From: a virus
Taxonomy: Duplodnaviria; Caudoviricetes
IMG/VR virus record: IMGVR_UViG_3300017912_004183
Span: 1 to 55,558 of that record
Length of the DNA stretch: 55,558 bases
Strand: one strand, 5' to 3'
The translations under genes were made by a program, and so were the position numbers. Positions 29,335-39,100 of the stretch are shown in pieces; position 1 is the stretch's first letter; each line of letters begins with the position of its first letter. The notes below the pieces were generated by a model that was not told the DNA's origin, ran no database searches, and saw only the letters and a list, made by a program, of their open reading frames with translations.

Positions 29335-31596
29335 TTATGTCATATCTGGTAGATTCATTCTATGGCGACCAACACTGTTATTTACTCTTGGATATGTCAT
29401 GCCCGAAGATGGTCTTTTGCCATGATGTTTTATTTTATGTAAAAATGGGTGACTATCATGATCTTGTGGATCAAAGTATGCTCTTAAGGAGGTAGTACCT
29501 GTCATTTCAGTATATGTATATGAACCATTACCACCATAACCATCATAAATTCTTAAGTTTAAACTCGAAATTGTATTGGATATCGATGTTCCATCTGCAC
29601 TTGGCACATTTGACCAATTAAATCCAGAACCACCCGATGACATGCCTCTGCACTTATTTTTTGCTTTTGCTAGTAAAATTTCTTTCGTTTGATCTGGTGT
29701 TGGCCAAGTACCGTTATACCAGAAGTATTCTTCCATAATACATGCTGCTTTTCCCACTACAGTTGGTGTAGCACAACTTGTACCAGAGAACATTCCCCAT
29801 TTATATGTACCACCATATGTAGTAGTGGGATAGGAAGACCAAGTATTTGCACCAAGACCTACAATATCAATACCAGGACCACGAGTTGAATATCCATCTA
29901 AACCAGGATATTCTTCGGAATTATAACCAGCAGCAACATCAATATTATTGTCTACGCCAGCTGGTCCATATGGCACAAATGGATACCATCTTGTTGTGTT
30001 ATTAGTAGTAGCAACATTATTTTGATTATATTGAACATTGATAACGTCGTAATCTGGACCAGCATCAACATCTAAACTTGTAGCATACTTACTACTATTT
30101 TTATTATAAGTTCCTCCATTATTACCAGCTGCATTGATGCAAACAACTCCATTATTCCAAGCATTTTCTAATGCAGTTTTTAAACTGGTATATTCGAATT
30201 GTGATGGCATTACAACCGACCATGTATAATTTGCAAGTGATGGGTTATATACTCTGAAAGGTATAATATTTTCTCTTACAAATTCTGAATAATCAGATCC
30301 CCAGCTAGCACCTGGTCTATTTACTACTGTTCCATCTGCCTTATTAATTTTGGATACACTATCAACAGGAATTGCAGTTCTTCTATCATTCAAATATTGA
30401 TATTCTGCGATCATGATAGTGGGATTTTTCTCTCCAGTTTCTGGATTAATTGGTTTGGCATTATGCCAATCAATCAACGCCTGAATACACTCTGTTGGAC
30501 TGTCACCAGTAACCAGGTACATTGCATAAAGATTTGCTTTTTTTGCAAATCCACAAATAGTACCACCAGAAACACTTAATACCCCCATAGCATGAGATGT
30601 CAATCCACTATTACCACCAGTTTGAGCATCTTGAGCTGTTATTTGATTATTAGCATCAGATTCTAGATCTGGCCAGTTCATTGGGGTGAATCTAGATGAT
30701 GTTCTTAATTTCCAAATTATATCACCACCCGAAAAACCATTATTTGTAACACTGCCATCACTCACGGCACTCCCGCCATCAGAAAGACGAATTTCAAATG
30801 GGTGACCAGGAGCAGATACACTAAATGTTACCCAATCTCCCTCCTGGAATACTAACCCAGGATTATTTCCATTAACCGTTCCATTTCTATCAGAACCACT
30901 AATACTATAAGAACTAAAACCATTAGCAGTAACAGTTAAGGTATATGAATATCTAGTTCCATCAGCAGGATTAACTGTGATAGTTCCTTTCATACCGGAG
31001 TGGTTTGTACACTGATACCAGTAAGCACTTGTTCTTGCATGAGAATCATCTTCGGAAGGTAATTTCTGCCAGTCTGGATGAATGTCATGCAAACCTTGGT
31101 TACTTGTCCAATCTCCATCACTACCAGCTTCTAAAGTAACGATATCAACATGTTTTCCCGTCCATCTAGATTTATATGTATATTCCCCTTTTGTAGAATA
31201 CTGGTCGTCAGATCTACCTACAGTAAAAGCACTATTATTAAGTAATGGTGTAATTTGGTTGGTATCATAAATGAATTGTGCGGGGGCATTATCTTCCCCT
31301 TTGCCAGAAGGGTGTCTGTGTAGATAAGATGTGCTGGTAGTAAACCACTTTGACATCTCTTCTACTGATGGTGGAGTAGAAGCTTCGAATGATTCTGGAA
31401 TTTCTGTTGCCTGAACAACTGAAGAATGCGAACGAAAGGTTTCTATGTAATCTTCCTCAACATTCATGACAAGTAGAGTTGGCATGCTACCTAGCATGTT
31501 CCACCAGTCTGCTTCAGTATCGGCGTTAAAGCTATCTACGAATTCTTGCTTATCAGTTCCTTCTACAAGAATCACATCTAATAGTACCTTTGCCAT
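29335..31596 (-). CDS. Subtilisin-like (S8) serine protease with N-terminal prodomain-like region and cupredoxin-like insert
   Basis: TGKHVDIVTLEAG (acid site), TSHAMGVLSVSGG (His), AAGN (oxyanion Asn), YSTRGPGIDI and FSGTSCATP (Ser); insert carries YQCTNHSGM and GHPF. Confidence 0.85.
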   Translation of the reverse strand: MAKVLLDVILVEGTDKQEFVDSFNADTEADWWNMLGSMPTLLVMNVEEDYIETFRSHSSVVQATEIPESFEASTPPSVEEMSKWFTTSTSYLHRHPSGKGEDNAPAQFIYDTNQITPLLNNSAFTVGRSDDQYSTKGEYTYKSRWTGKHVDIVTLEAGSDGDWTSNQGLHDIHPDWQKLPSEDDSHARTSAYWYQCTNHSGMKGTITVNPADGTRYSYTLTVTANGFSSYSISGSDRNGTVNGNNPGLVFQEGDWVTFSVSAPGHPFEIRLSDGGSAVSDGSVTNNGFSGGDIIWKLRTSSRFTPMNWPDLESDANNQITAQDAQTGGNSGLTSHAMGVLSVSGGTICGFAKKANLYAMYLVTGDSPTECIQALIDWHNAKPINPETGEKNPTIMIAEYQYLNDRRTAIPVDSVSKINKADGTVVNRPGASWGSDYSEFVRENIIPFRVYNPSLANYTWSVVMPSQFEYTSLKTALENAWNNGVVCINAAGNNGGTYNKNSSKYATSLDVDAGPDYDVINVQYNQNNVATTNNTTRWYPFVPYGPAGVDNNIDVAAGYNSEEYPGLDGYSTRGPGIDIVGLGANTWSSYPTTTYGGTYKWGMFSGTSCATPTVVGKAACIMEEYFWYNGTWPTPDQTKEILLAKAKNKCRGMSSGGSGFNWSNVPSADGTSISNTISSLNLRIYDGYGGNGSYTYTEMTGTTSLRAYFDPQDHDSHPFLHKIKHHGKRPSSGMTYPRVNNSVGRHRMNLPDMT

Positions 31597-31597
31597 T

Positions 31598-32863
31598 TTA
31601 TACCTCTAGTTGTGTTACCGTTATCTCTACATTGATACTTTGTGTGAACCCACTTTTGTTTACAACTTTCAAATATATGTTTGTAGTTGGTGTTGAATCA
31701 TCATTATATCCAATCAATGCTGGGGTAAACAATACAGTTTCAGAAGATGATTGCGTAATTGCTTCTGCAAGTATTCCACTACCAGGAGATGGATCTTCAG
31801 TGATCAATCTACTTATATCGGATATTCTAGTGGCAGAACTGACATATAAAGTCACCCAAGCTGGTTGAGATACCTTTACTTTATATAATACATATCCTTT
31901 ATATGCAGCGATAGTTAAGTTTTGTGATGCATTATTTGCATGAGAATTGCTGGTAGAACCACTGAAAATTTGTCTGCTGCCTAAGGTAGCACCTCCTCCG
32001 CTGCCACCTTGTGCTGCAGCTGGTATCCAAGTAGAACCATTCCAAGTTAGTACATCATTAGTGCTAGGAGAATTATTAGAAACATCAGCAAGTTCGCTAA
32101 TATTTGATCCAGTGTCTAGTAACTGTGTCCATGCACCTGCATGTGCAAAATATCCATGACCTTCAGCATGGACATGAGCAAACATACCATGATAGGTAGT
32201 TGCGTTTGGAAGGTCTCCAGTCGTGGTAAAGTTGTTGGAGAAGTAAACCTTACCAGTGGTTGTAATATCTCTGGTAGTTGTTGCACCCAGAGCAAGAACA
32301 TTGTCTAGTGTTTGTGTCTCTGTATAAGATGTTAGATAACCAGCAGATGCATGATTGCCCCAACCATATGCAGTATCCCAGTTAGAAATCTTAGCAGCAG
32401 TTACAGCAGCAGCATCAGAAGCAGCAAATACAGGATCAGTTTCTGTATAACTTGTTAAATACCCTGCCTGGGAGTGATCTCCCCATCCATATGCCGTATT
32501 ATAATTTGCAACGCCAGCGTCTGTAATTATATTAGTACCAAAATCAATAGAAAATCCGTTACAATCTAATATTCCCCCTAACTGTGGTGTGGTATCATCC
32601 ACCAATTCATCCATAGATCCGCCACTTCCACTACCATAACCTGCTAGAGAATGGTCCCCCCAACCATATGCTGTGTTCCACTCCGTGACATCCTGACTTG
32701 ATATTAGTCCCGCAGGAGATGCAAGAAATACTGGATCACTTTCATTTTGTTCTGTTTTACTCTTCCAAGTAATACCGTCCCAAATCCATGTAACTTCACC
32801 ACTTGTAAATGTAAATGTACCGTCTGTTGGTTGTCCTACTGTTGAAGGAAAATTTAATGCCAT
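31598..32863 (-). CDS. Tail-fibre-like structural protein with TAYGWG(D/N)H repeats
   Basis: N-terminal MALNFP...WIWDGITW module; three (W/Y)(N/D)TAYGWG(D/N)HxxAGY repeats; DVLTWNGSTW; TATAAATA promoter at 32897. Confidence 0.75.
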   Translation of the reverse strand: MALNFPSTVGQPTDGTFTFTSGEVTWIWDGITWKSKTEQNESDPVFLASPAGLISSQDVTEWNTAYGWGDHSLAGYGSGSGGSMDELVDDTTPQLGGILDCNGFSIDFGTNIITDAGVANYNTAYGWGDHSQAGYLTSYTETDPVFAASDAAAVTAAKISNWDTAYGWGNHASAGYLTSYTETQTLDNVLALGATTTRDITTTGKVYFSNNFTTTGDLPNATTYHGMFAHVHAEGHGYFAHAGAWTQLLDTGSNISELADVSNNSPSTNDVLTWNGSTWIPAAAQGGSGGGATLGSRQIFSGSTSNSHANNASQNLTIAAYKGYVLYKVKVSQPAWVTLYVSSATRISDISRLITEDPSPGSGILAEAITQSSSETVLFTPALIGYNDDSTPTTNIYLKVVNKSGFTQSINVEITVTQLEV

Positions 32864-32912
32864 TTTTACAATTTATTGCTACTAGGACTTTTTATATATT
32901 TATATCCAACAA

Positions 32913-35375
32913 TCAGGAACCACTATTTAGATGATCCTCAAGATCTTTAACTCTAGATTTAAGTTGCTTTATTTCATTTACAGCAGCAGCCAAGAGATAA
33001 GTAAATCCTTCATTATCAATTGCTTTAAATGTTTCTTCCTCAAAAGAAGGATCGATGATATTATCTGAATCTGGTTGATATTTAATATCTTTAGTTGTTC
33101 CTGGAATTGTTGCTTCAAATTGATGGGCATCAAAACCAGAATAATAAGATCCAATTTCATGGTCAGAACTGCAATTAGTTTCTGAAAGTTTTTCCTCATT
33201 CCACTTAAAACCTATGATTGAAATATTATCAATTATATACTCACAGTGAGAATTTAATTTTATCTGATCACTATCAACATCTTTTAATTTTGTATCAGAT
33301 GCTACAGTTGTAATCTGTCTATATCCACCACTTTGACCATGTTCATATGCCAATCCTGCCCCATTTTGCCTTAACTTAAGGAAGCTGTTAGATGACTCTG
33401 GATTATGAGCTAAAAATCCTTGATTATAAGAGTCAAATCTAATTGCACCATCACATGTAATATTACTACCGGCATAAAGAACTCCGCCAACAGTAAATGA
33501 CCCACTAATATTACTTTGTGGTCCAGGGTCTCCCTGTGGTCCTTGTGGACCTTGTGGTCCCTGCGATCCTTGAGGTCCTTGACTTCCTTGAGGTCCTTGA
33601 CTTCCTTGAGGTCCTTGACTTCCTTGAGGTCCTTGACTTCCTTGAGGTCCTTGACTTCCTTGTGGTCCTTGATCACCCCTATCACCAGTTCGCATAAAAG
33701 AAATAACTATATCTTCTTCATCAGCAAAACTTGTTACAGTACCAGAAATATATGAACATGCGATCTCAAAGGCAGCACCACCAAATATTGGTGTTACTCC
33801 TGTAATTGAAAATAAAACATATTTAGAAGAATCTGAAGAACTTGCTACTCTGATATGCCCTTTATTTGAAGACGTAACGTTATTAAATGATGTGTAAAAA
33901 TCCGAAATATCAGAGTCAGCACCATCTTTAAAAGCGGGAAAAATTCCAGTAGTGCTTTGATTGAACAGAGTATTACTAGTTATTAGTCTTCCCGGTACAG
34001 GACCTGATTGTGATGATCCAGGTATATCATCAAATTTATATTGAAAAGATACTCCTCCTCCACCTCCAGCACTTATTGGAGAACCATTGACAGTTATTCC
34101 ACCAACATCAACATTTCCAGTAAATGCAGCAGCACCAGTTACATTAATATCGCCATTAACTGAGAATGTTCCGGTTATATCATTTGATACACTTCCAGGA
34201 TCTCCTTTATCTCCCTTATCTCCCTTATCTCCCTTATCTCCTTGGATTCCTTGGATTCCTTGGATCCCTTGAATTCCCTGTAATCCTCGTGGACCTTCGT
34301 CTCCCTGATCACCCTTCGGTCCTAGGTCTCCTGGGTCTCCTTTGTCCCCTTTAACTCCGGGATTTCCTTGAATTCCCTGTAATCCTCGTGGACCTTCGTC
34401 TCCCTGATCACCCTTCGGTCCAGGATCTCCACCCAATCCTTGAGCACCCATTGGTCCCTGAAGACCTTGTGGTCCTTGTGGTCCTCTAGGACCCTCTTCC
34501 CCTACTGGAGCATTGACAAATTCTACTGCGTTACCAGAGGAATTAATTGCTAGATATTTATCAGCAAGAAAATTACTAGGAGTATCAGTTAAACCCAAAA
34601 ATGTAGAAAAACCTCCTTCTCCACCACCGACGTTGGAGATATCTGCAGGAGTAAAGGTAAATATACCAGTTGTATCATCAAATACTAAAGAACCACCACC
34701 AGAAGATGGAGATGCAGTGGTAACAGAAATAGCCGTTAAATCAATACCTCCCCCAGATACTGTTGCATCTATTTTATTGTTTTGGTCGTCGTAAGCAAAT
34801 GAAATTCCAGAGTGAGTGCCAGATGAAAAAAGAGATGCTACAGCATCTTCAGCTTGTTCAATGCTAATTCCAGTTCCTCCTCCAATAAGAGCCGTTGCGC
34901 CACCAGTTGGAGAAGCATCTACCCATTGAGCACTACTACCATCATTATAATATACTTTCATCCTCCCTTCATCTGCTTTCCACCACAAATCTCCTGGGAG
35001 TGAGTTTGCCGGTGCCGAATCCCCAATTGTTACAGAAGCACCTCCCCCCGTATTTGGTGGTATATTGGTAAGACTGTAATAATCCCCATCAAATAATGTT
35101 GGTTTATTTGTGAGATTATCATAATCACCATCAAATAAAATAGGTACATTTACAAGACTATTATAATCTCTATCAAATAAATCTGTAATTAGTGCATACT
35201 GAGCAAGATCGCTTTTTAATGCGATATCTGAAGAACTGATGTTTATATTAGTTCCATCTCCAAGAAAGTTATATAACTCTTCAAAATTACTGTTTATGGA
35301 GTATCCTGCATTTTTTAGGGTAGTTCCAGTACCGTCATTTGCTATAGTTCCCGTACTTATACCAATCCTAGGCAT
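32913..35375 (-). CDS. Collagen-repeat tail fibre with gp9/gp10-like N-terminus and C-terminal intramolecular chaperone (S74-like)
   Basis: N-terminal ANDGTG..L......INSNF.ELY; two Gly-X-Y tracts; GDLWW...YY.DG...QWVDA module; C-terminal SDTKLKD...FKWN...GF.A...EIKQLKSRVKDLE; TATAAATA at 35400. Confidence 0.82.
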   Translation of the reverse strand: MPRIGISTGTIANDGTGTTLKNAGYSINSNFEELYNFLGDGTNINISSSDIALKSDLAQYALITDLFDRDYNSLVNVPILFDGDYDNLTNKPTLFDGDYYSLTNIPPNTGGGASVTIGDSAPANSLPGDLWWKADEGRMKVYYNDGSSAQWVDASPTGGATALIGGGTGISIEQAEDAVASLFSSGTHSGISFAYDDQNNKIDATVSGGGIDLTAISVTTASPSSGGGSLVFDDTTGIFTFTPADISNVGGGEGGFSTFLGLTDTPSNFLADKYLAINSSGNAVEFVNAPVGEEGPRGPQGPQGLQGPMGAQGLGGDPGPKGDQGDEGPRGLQGIQGNPGVKGDKGDPGDLGPKGDQGDEGPRGLQGIQGIQGIQGIQGDKGDKGDKGDKGDPGSVSNDITGTFSVNGDINVTGAAAFTGNVDVGGITVNGSPISAGGGGGVSFQYKFDDIPGSSQSGPVPGRLITSNTLFNQSTTGIFPAFKDGADSDISDFYTSFNNVTSSNKGHIRVASSSDSSKYVLFSITGVTPIFGGAAFEIACSYISGTVTSFADEEDIVISFMRTGDRGDQGPQGSQGPQGSQGPQGSQGPQGSQGPQGSQGPQGSQGPQGPQGPQGDPGPQSNISGSFTVGGVLYAGSNITCDGAIRFDSYNQGFLAHNPESSNSFLKLRQNGAGLAYEHGQSGGYRQITTVASDTKLKDVDSDQIKLNSHCEYIIDNISIIGFKWNEEKLSETNCSSDHEIGSYYSGFDAHQFEATIPGTTKDIKYQPDSDNIIDPSFEEETFKAIDNEGFTYLLAAAVNEIKQLKSRVKDLEDHLNSGS
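33525..33680. repeat. 18-bp tandem repeat encoding (GPQGSQ)n collagen
   Basis: CCTTGAGGTCCTTGACTT repeated five times identically within 33568-33657, with degenerate flanks. Confidence 0.92.
34200..34500. repeat. Collagen tract with 9-bp arrays and an exact 56-bp duplication
   Basis: (GDK)n and (GIQ)n 9-mers; 34267-34322 is identical to 34366-34421. Confidence 0.9.
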
Positions 35376-35411
35376 TTCTATTCTGTATCACATTATTTGT
35401 ATTTATAGGAC

Positions 35412-36110
35412 TTAGAAGGTATACTTAAAATAGTCAATATCTTTTTCGAAAAGTCTTGCTACAACTTTTTTATTATAACCAGTGTAAACTTCTTTGTAAT
35501 CATCTGCTTTGTTTACTCTGTTTAAGTGCTTCTTTCTGATATTTATTCTACCATCGGTTTCCTCTTTAATTCTAATTATTGCCTCATCCATCTCTTCCAC
35601 TTTATAAATGTAATCGGCAATTATCTTACCTTCACGATCCTCGAACCAATCTAACTGACACTTTGTCTTTAATGGATGTATGCAAGTGTCACTAGAAAAA
35701 CTGAGTCTATCTATGAACATAGAAAATGTCATTTCATCCCGACAACCTACTCCTTCTCTGCGAGTGTATAAAGAATATACTCTTGCCCAAGGATTTCTCA
35801 CTGATCCAAATTTATACATCTCGTCAAATATTTTCTGTGAAGCTATCCGAAGGTCTTCATCCGATGGGTGAAAATCTGGTGTTGGGTGACTTGAATTTGT
35901 ACCAAGATTGCATCTAAGGAGATATGGATATATTATATCTCTGAGTTGATTTAAAGTTAGATGTGGATTTGGTATAAAATTTTTGCCATTACTTGCCAAT
36001 TGATCTCTAATTGATGTTGTACCTGTTTTAGGGATCGCTACAAAAATACAATTCAAGTGTATATTGATTGCTTCATTTATGCTATTGAATTCTTTACAAA
36101 AAAACTTCAT
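35412..36110 (-). CDS. PAPS-dependent sulfotransferase (Sulfotransfer_2-like)
   Basis: 5'-PSB motif FVAIPKTGTTSI, 3'-PB motif VRNPWARVYSLY and C-terminal FEKDIDYFKYTF; own ATAAATA box at 36128-36134. Confidence 0.85.
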   Translation of the reverse strand: MKFFCKEFNSINEAINIHLNCIFVAIPKTGTTSIRDQLASNGKNFIPNPHLTLNQLRDIIYPYLLRCNLGTNSSHPTPDFHPSDEDLRIASQKIFDEMYKFGSVRNPWARVYSLYTRREGVGCRDEMTFSMFIDRLSFSSDTCIHPLKTKCQLDWFEDREGKIIADYIYKVEEMDEAIIRIKEETDGRINIRKKHLNRVNKADDYKEVYTGYNKKVVARLFEKDIDYFKYTF

Positions 36111-36130
36111 AATAAAACATTTATTGGTAT

Positions 36131-39100
36131 TTATGGTGAATAATCACTATGCTGCAAAGGGACAGATCTCTTTATTATTGTAGATGATGAAATGCCATCA
36201 TATCCACTAAGTATACTTGCAGTATAATTATAATGCTTTGTTCTGTTGCCTAAAATTATTTTACCCCAACTATACTCTCCAATGTATGGTTCTGTTGATA
36301 TTGCTCCATTATATACTGTGCCAGTAGATATTATAGTTTCATTATTATCGAATGTTTCTACAGTGCTATCAAAAGTAACGGTGTCTGAATCAAAACTGAA
36401 AGAATCTCCTTCTTGCTTTATGTTGCAAAAAACTCTTCTAACAGTAACACTTACTCCATTTACATTTTTTTGAATATCTTGAGCAGATTGGACAACAAAT
36501 ACGGAATCAACGAAAGATTGTGTAACCCCTACTAATTGAGTTCTATCTTCATTATATGATAATAGTGGATACAATGATGAATCTGCATTAATGTTCGAAC
36601 TGTGAACACAGAAATAATCCCCAATAGATAATTCGCTAACAGTAGTTGCCGTACCAACAATCGATGCATCTCTTAATATAGAATCTTCTGGAATATAAAG
36701 ATCAAATATTGCTTTATTAGTTGGGTTAGACGTAACACCAAATCCAACTATAACCCCATAATCCCCAGAATATGTTAGTACTTTAGCATCTTCTACTTTA
36801 ATATCATCTTGCGCTATAAATGTTATATTTTTTTGGAAAGAACGAGTTATAATACTTTCATTTCTTGGATCAAATGCTGGTTTTATATTATCAACATAAA
36901 GTGTTGTTTGACCTACACCAACTTGATTTAGTAAAAATGCTACTGGATTTATTACTGGTTCATAAAGTTCTCTATCCTTTCCTACGGGGATATCATTAAT
37001 AATTCTATCTTCAGTTTGCCTTGTCCAAATTATTGGTCGTAAAAGAGATTCTTGATCAACATTTCCTGGTCCATAGTATGGGTTTGTTAAAACAATATTT
37101 GTCGATCTAACATCCTCAGCAATTCTTAAATCTTCTTTCAGAAATAAACTTTGTCCAACAGAAGGATCATTTACAATTTGAAGATCATCACCTGTCTTTA
37201 CGGTGTCTATAACATTCTTTGGTATAACATCAACCTCACCACTTCCTTTATAGAACATAATATCAACAGTATCACCTTTTCTTAGTGGTTCTCTAAATTC
37301 AACCATACTTCCACCATTAAAATCATAAGCCTTTCCGGGAACTTGTAATATACTATTCACAAATATAATTAATAAATTTTGTAGAACAATATCGGAACCT
37401 CTTTGAGCAAGAATAGATTTCTCTTTGTTGTTTTTTAGTAATGGGAACATTTTAGCTTCGCCATCAATATAGGGTTCAATATTATCCATTACTTCTAATT
37501 CGCCTAGTGTCCATCCACTAAATTTATCAGTAGAAATTCTATCAACTGTTATGATAAACTCTGTAAAGTTTGTATTTGTTTGTATTCCAACTGATGAGGT
37601 TATCGGCACAGTTAATCTGTCACCAGATTTATAACCATATCCAGAGTTTGTTATTGAAAAATCAATAACTCTAGATTCTTGTCCTACTACAACACTAATC
37701 GATGCCCCTATACCAGTCCCAGTAGTATTGTTTGCATATACTAATGGCAAATCAGAATAACCTAATGGAGAATCAAATATAACTTCTGGTTCTACCAAAT
37801 AACCACTTCCTGGGTTTGTTATAGTAACTCCAGTAACTCTACCATCAACTACATCTGCTGTGCCAACCTGTACTCTTTCATTAGAACTATTTCTAACGCT
37901 AACATTAACAACCTGGAATCCAGATCTATATCCAGATCCACTATTTCCAATTGATATAGAATCAATTTCTCCATTTGCATTAAGTGATGCCGACCCTCCT
38001 GCAGTGATTAACGGTTGATATCCGAAACCTTCTGATGATCCGACTGAGACAATTTGACCACCTTTGGGGAAGCTAGATATTCCGACATCATTAGTAATTG
38101 TTCTACTTTGCCCAGAGAATGTCATAGTTGTTAGTCCAGACAAAGTAGAACTTTCTATTTCAAAGTTAACACCATTGGGGTATTGGAACATTCCATTTAT
38201 CAGAATTATTCCATTCTCTATTCCGCTTATATTTGAACCTTCTGATTTTAGAATAAACTCTTTTTCTACAGCATCAAATTGATCTGATATATCATCAAAA
38301 ACATAGTTGGTACTATATGGTTCTTGAGATGTATTTGGGATGCCGGATCTTAGGAATATTCTACCGTTAAATGTAGAACTAGATCCCACACCATCCCAAT
38401 CTCTATCCTCAGGAGAACCTAATGGATTTGAAATAGGTACTGTTCCATATGGGGGGTCAATAAAGTAAAGCATATTATCGACAATATTGAAATTGCCAGA
38501 TATTTTTGTAATAGTTGTTCCAACTGGGTATCCAGATACTTTAGTACCCAGTTGATCTCGTCTAACTCTAACTAAATTTTGATTTTGAACTCCAACAGCA
38601 TCGATCCTCATAATTTCTTCGCCTATCCGAATCAAATCTCCAGAATAGAATCCTGTGATATCATCAAAAGCAATCGTGTCATTAACTGTATAAACTTCTT
38701 CAGCAACAAGTGTGGTTAAAGTAGTAGATACAATTGGAGATTGTACGACATTATCTACTGAAATTAATGCCTTTCCATTTTGATCTCTTGCAGATATTTT
38801 GTGAGATGTTCCGACACCAAAATTTTTAAATTTGATAACTTCTGGAGTAAACTTTAAAGCATTTTTTGCACTTGATGCAAATTGTATTTCATCATTAGAA
38901 ACCTTGACCGCAAATAAATCCGTTGGTAATCTATCAGTTACTCCAATTCCGCTGAAAGATGTTGGTTCAATTTCTATTGCACTGAAAACACCATCATAAT
39001 TACCTGGTTTATATTTTATTGGTTCCCCAGATACAAAGAAATGATTCTCTACAGTCAATAAACTATCTTCAAGATTTACAGTTAGTTCATCTTCACTATC

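Noticed and set aside
33410-33755. Repetitive ORFs (KDLKEV)n and (SLRSLT)n
   Set aside because: Alternative-frame shadows of the 18-bp collagen repeat
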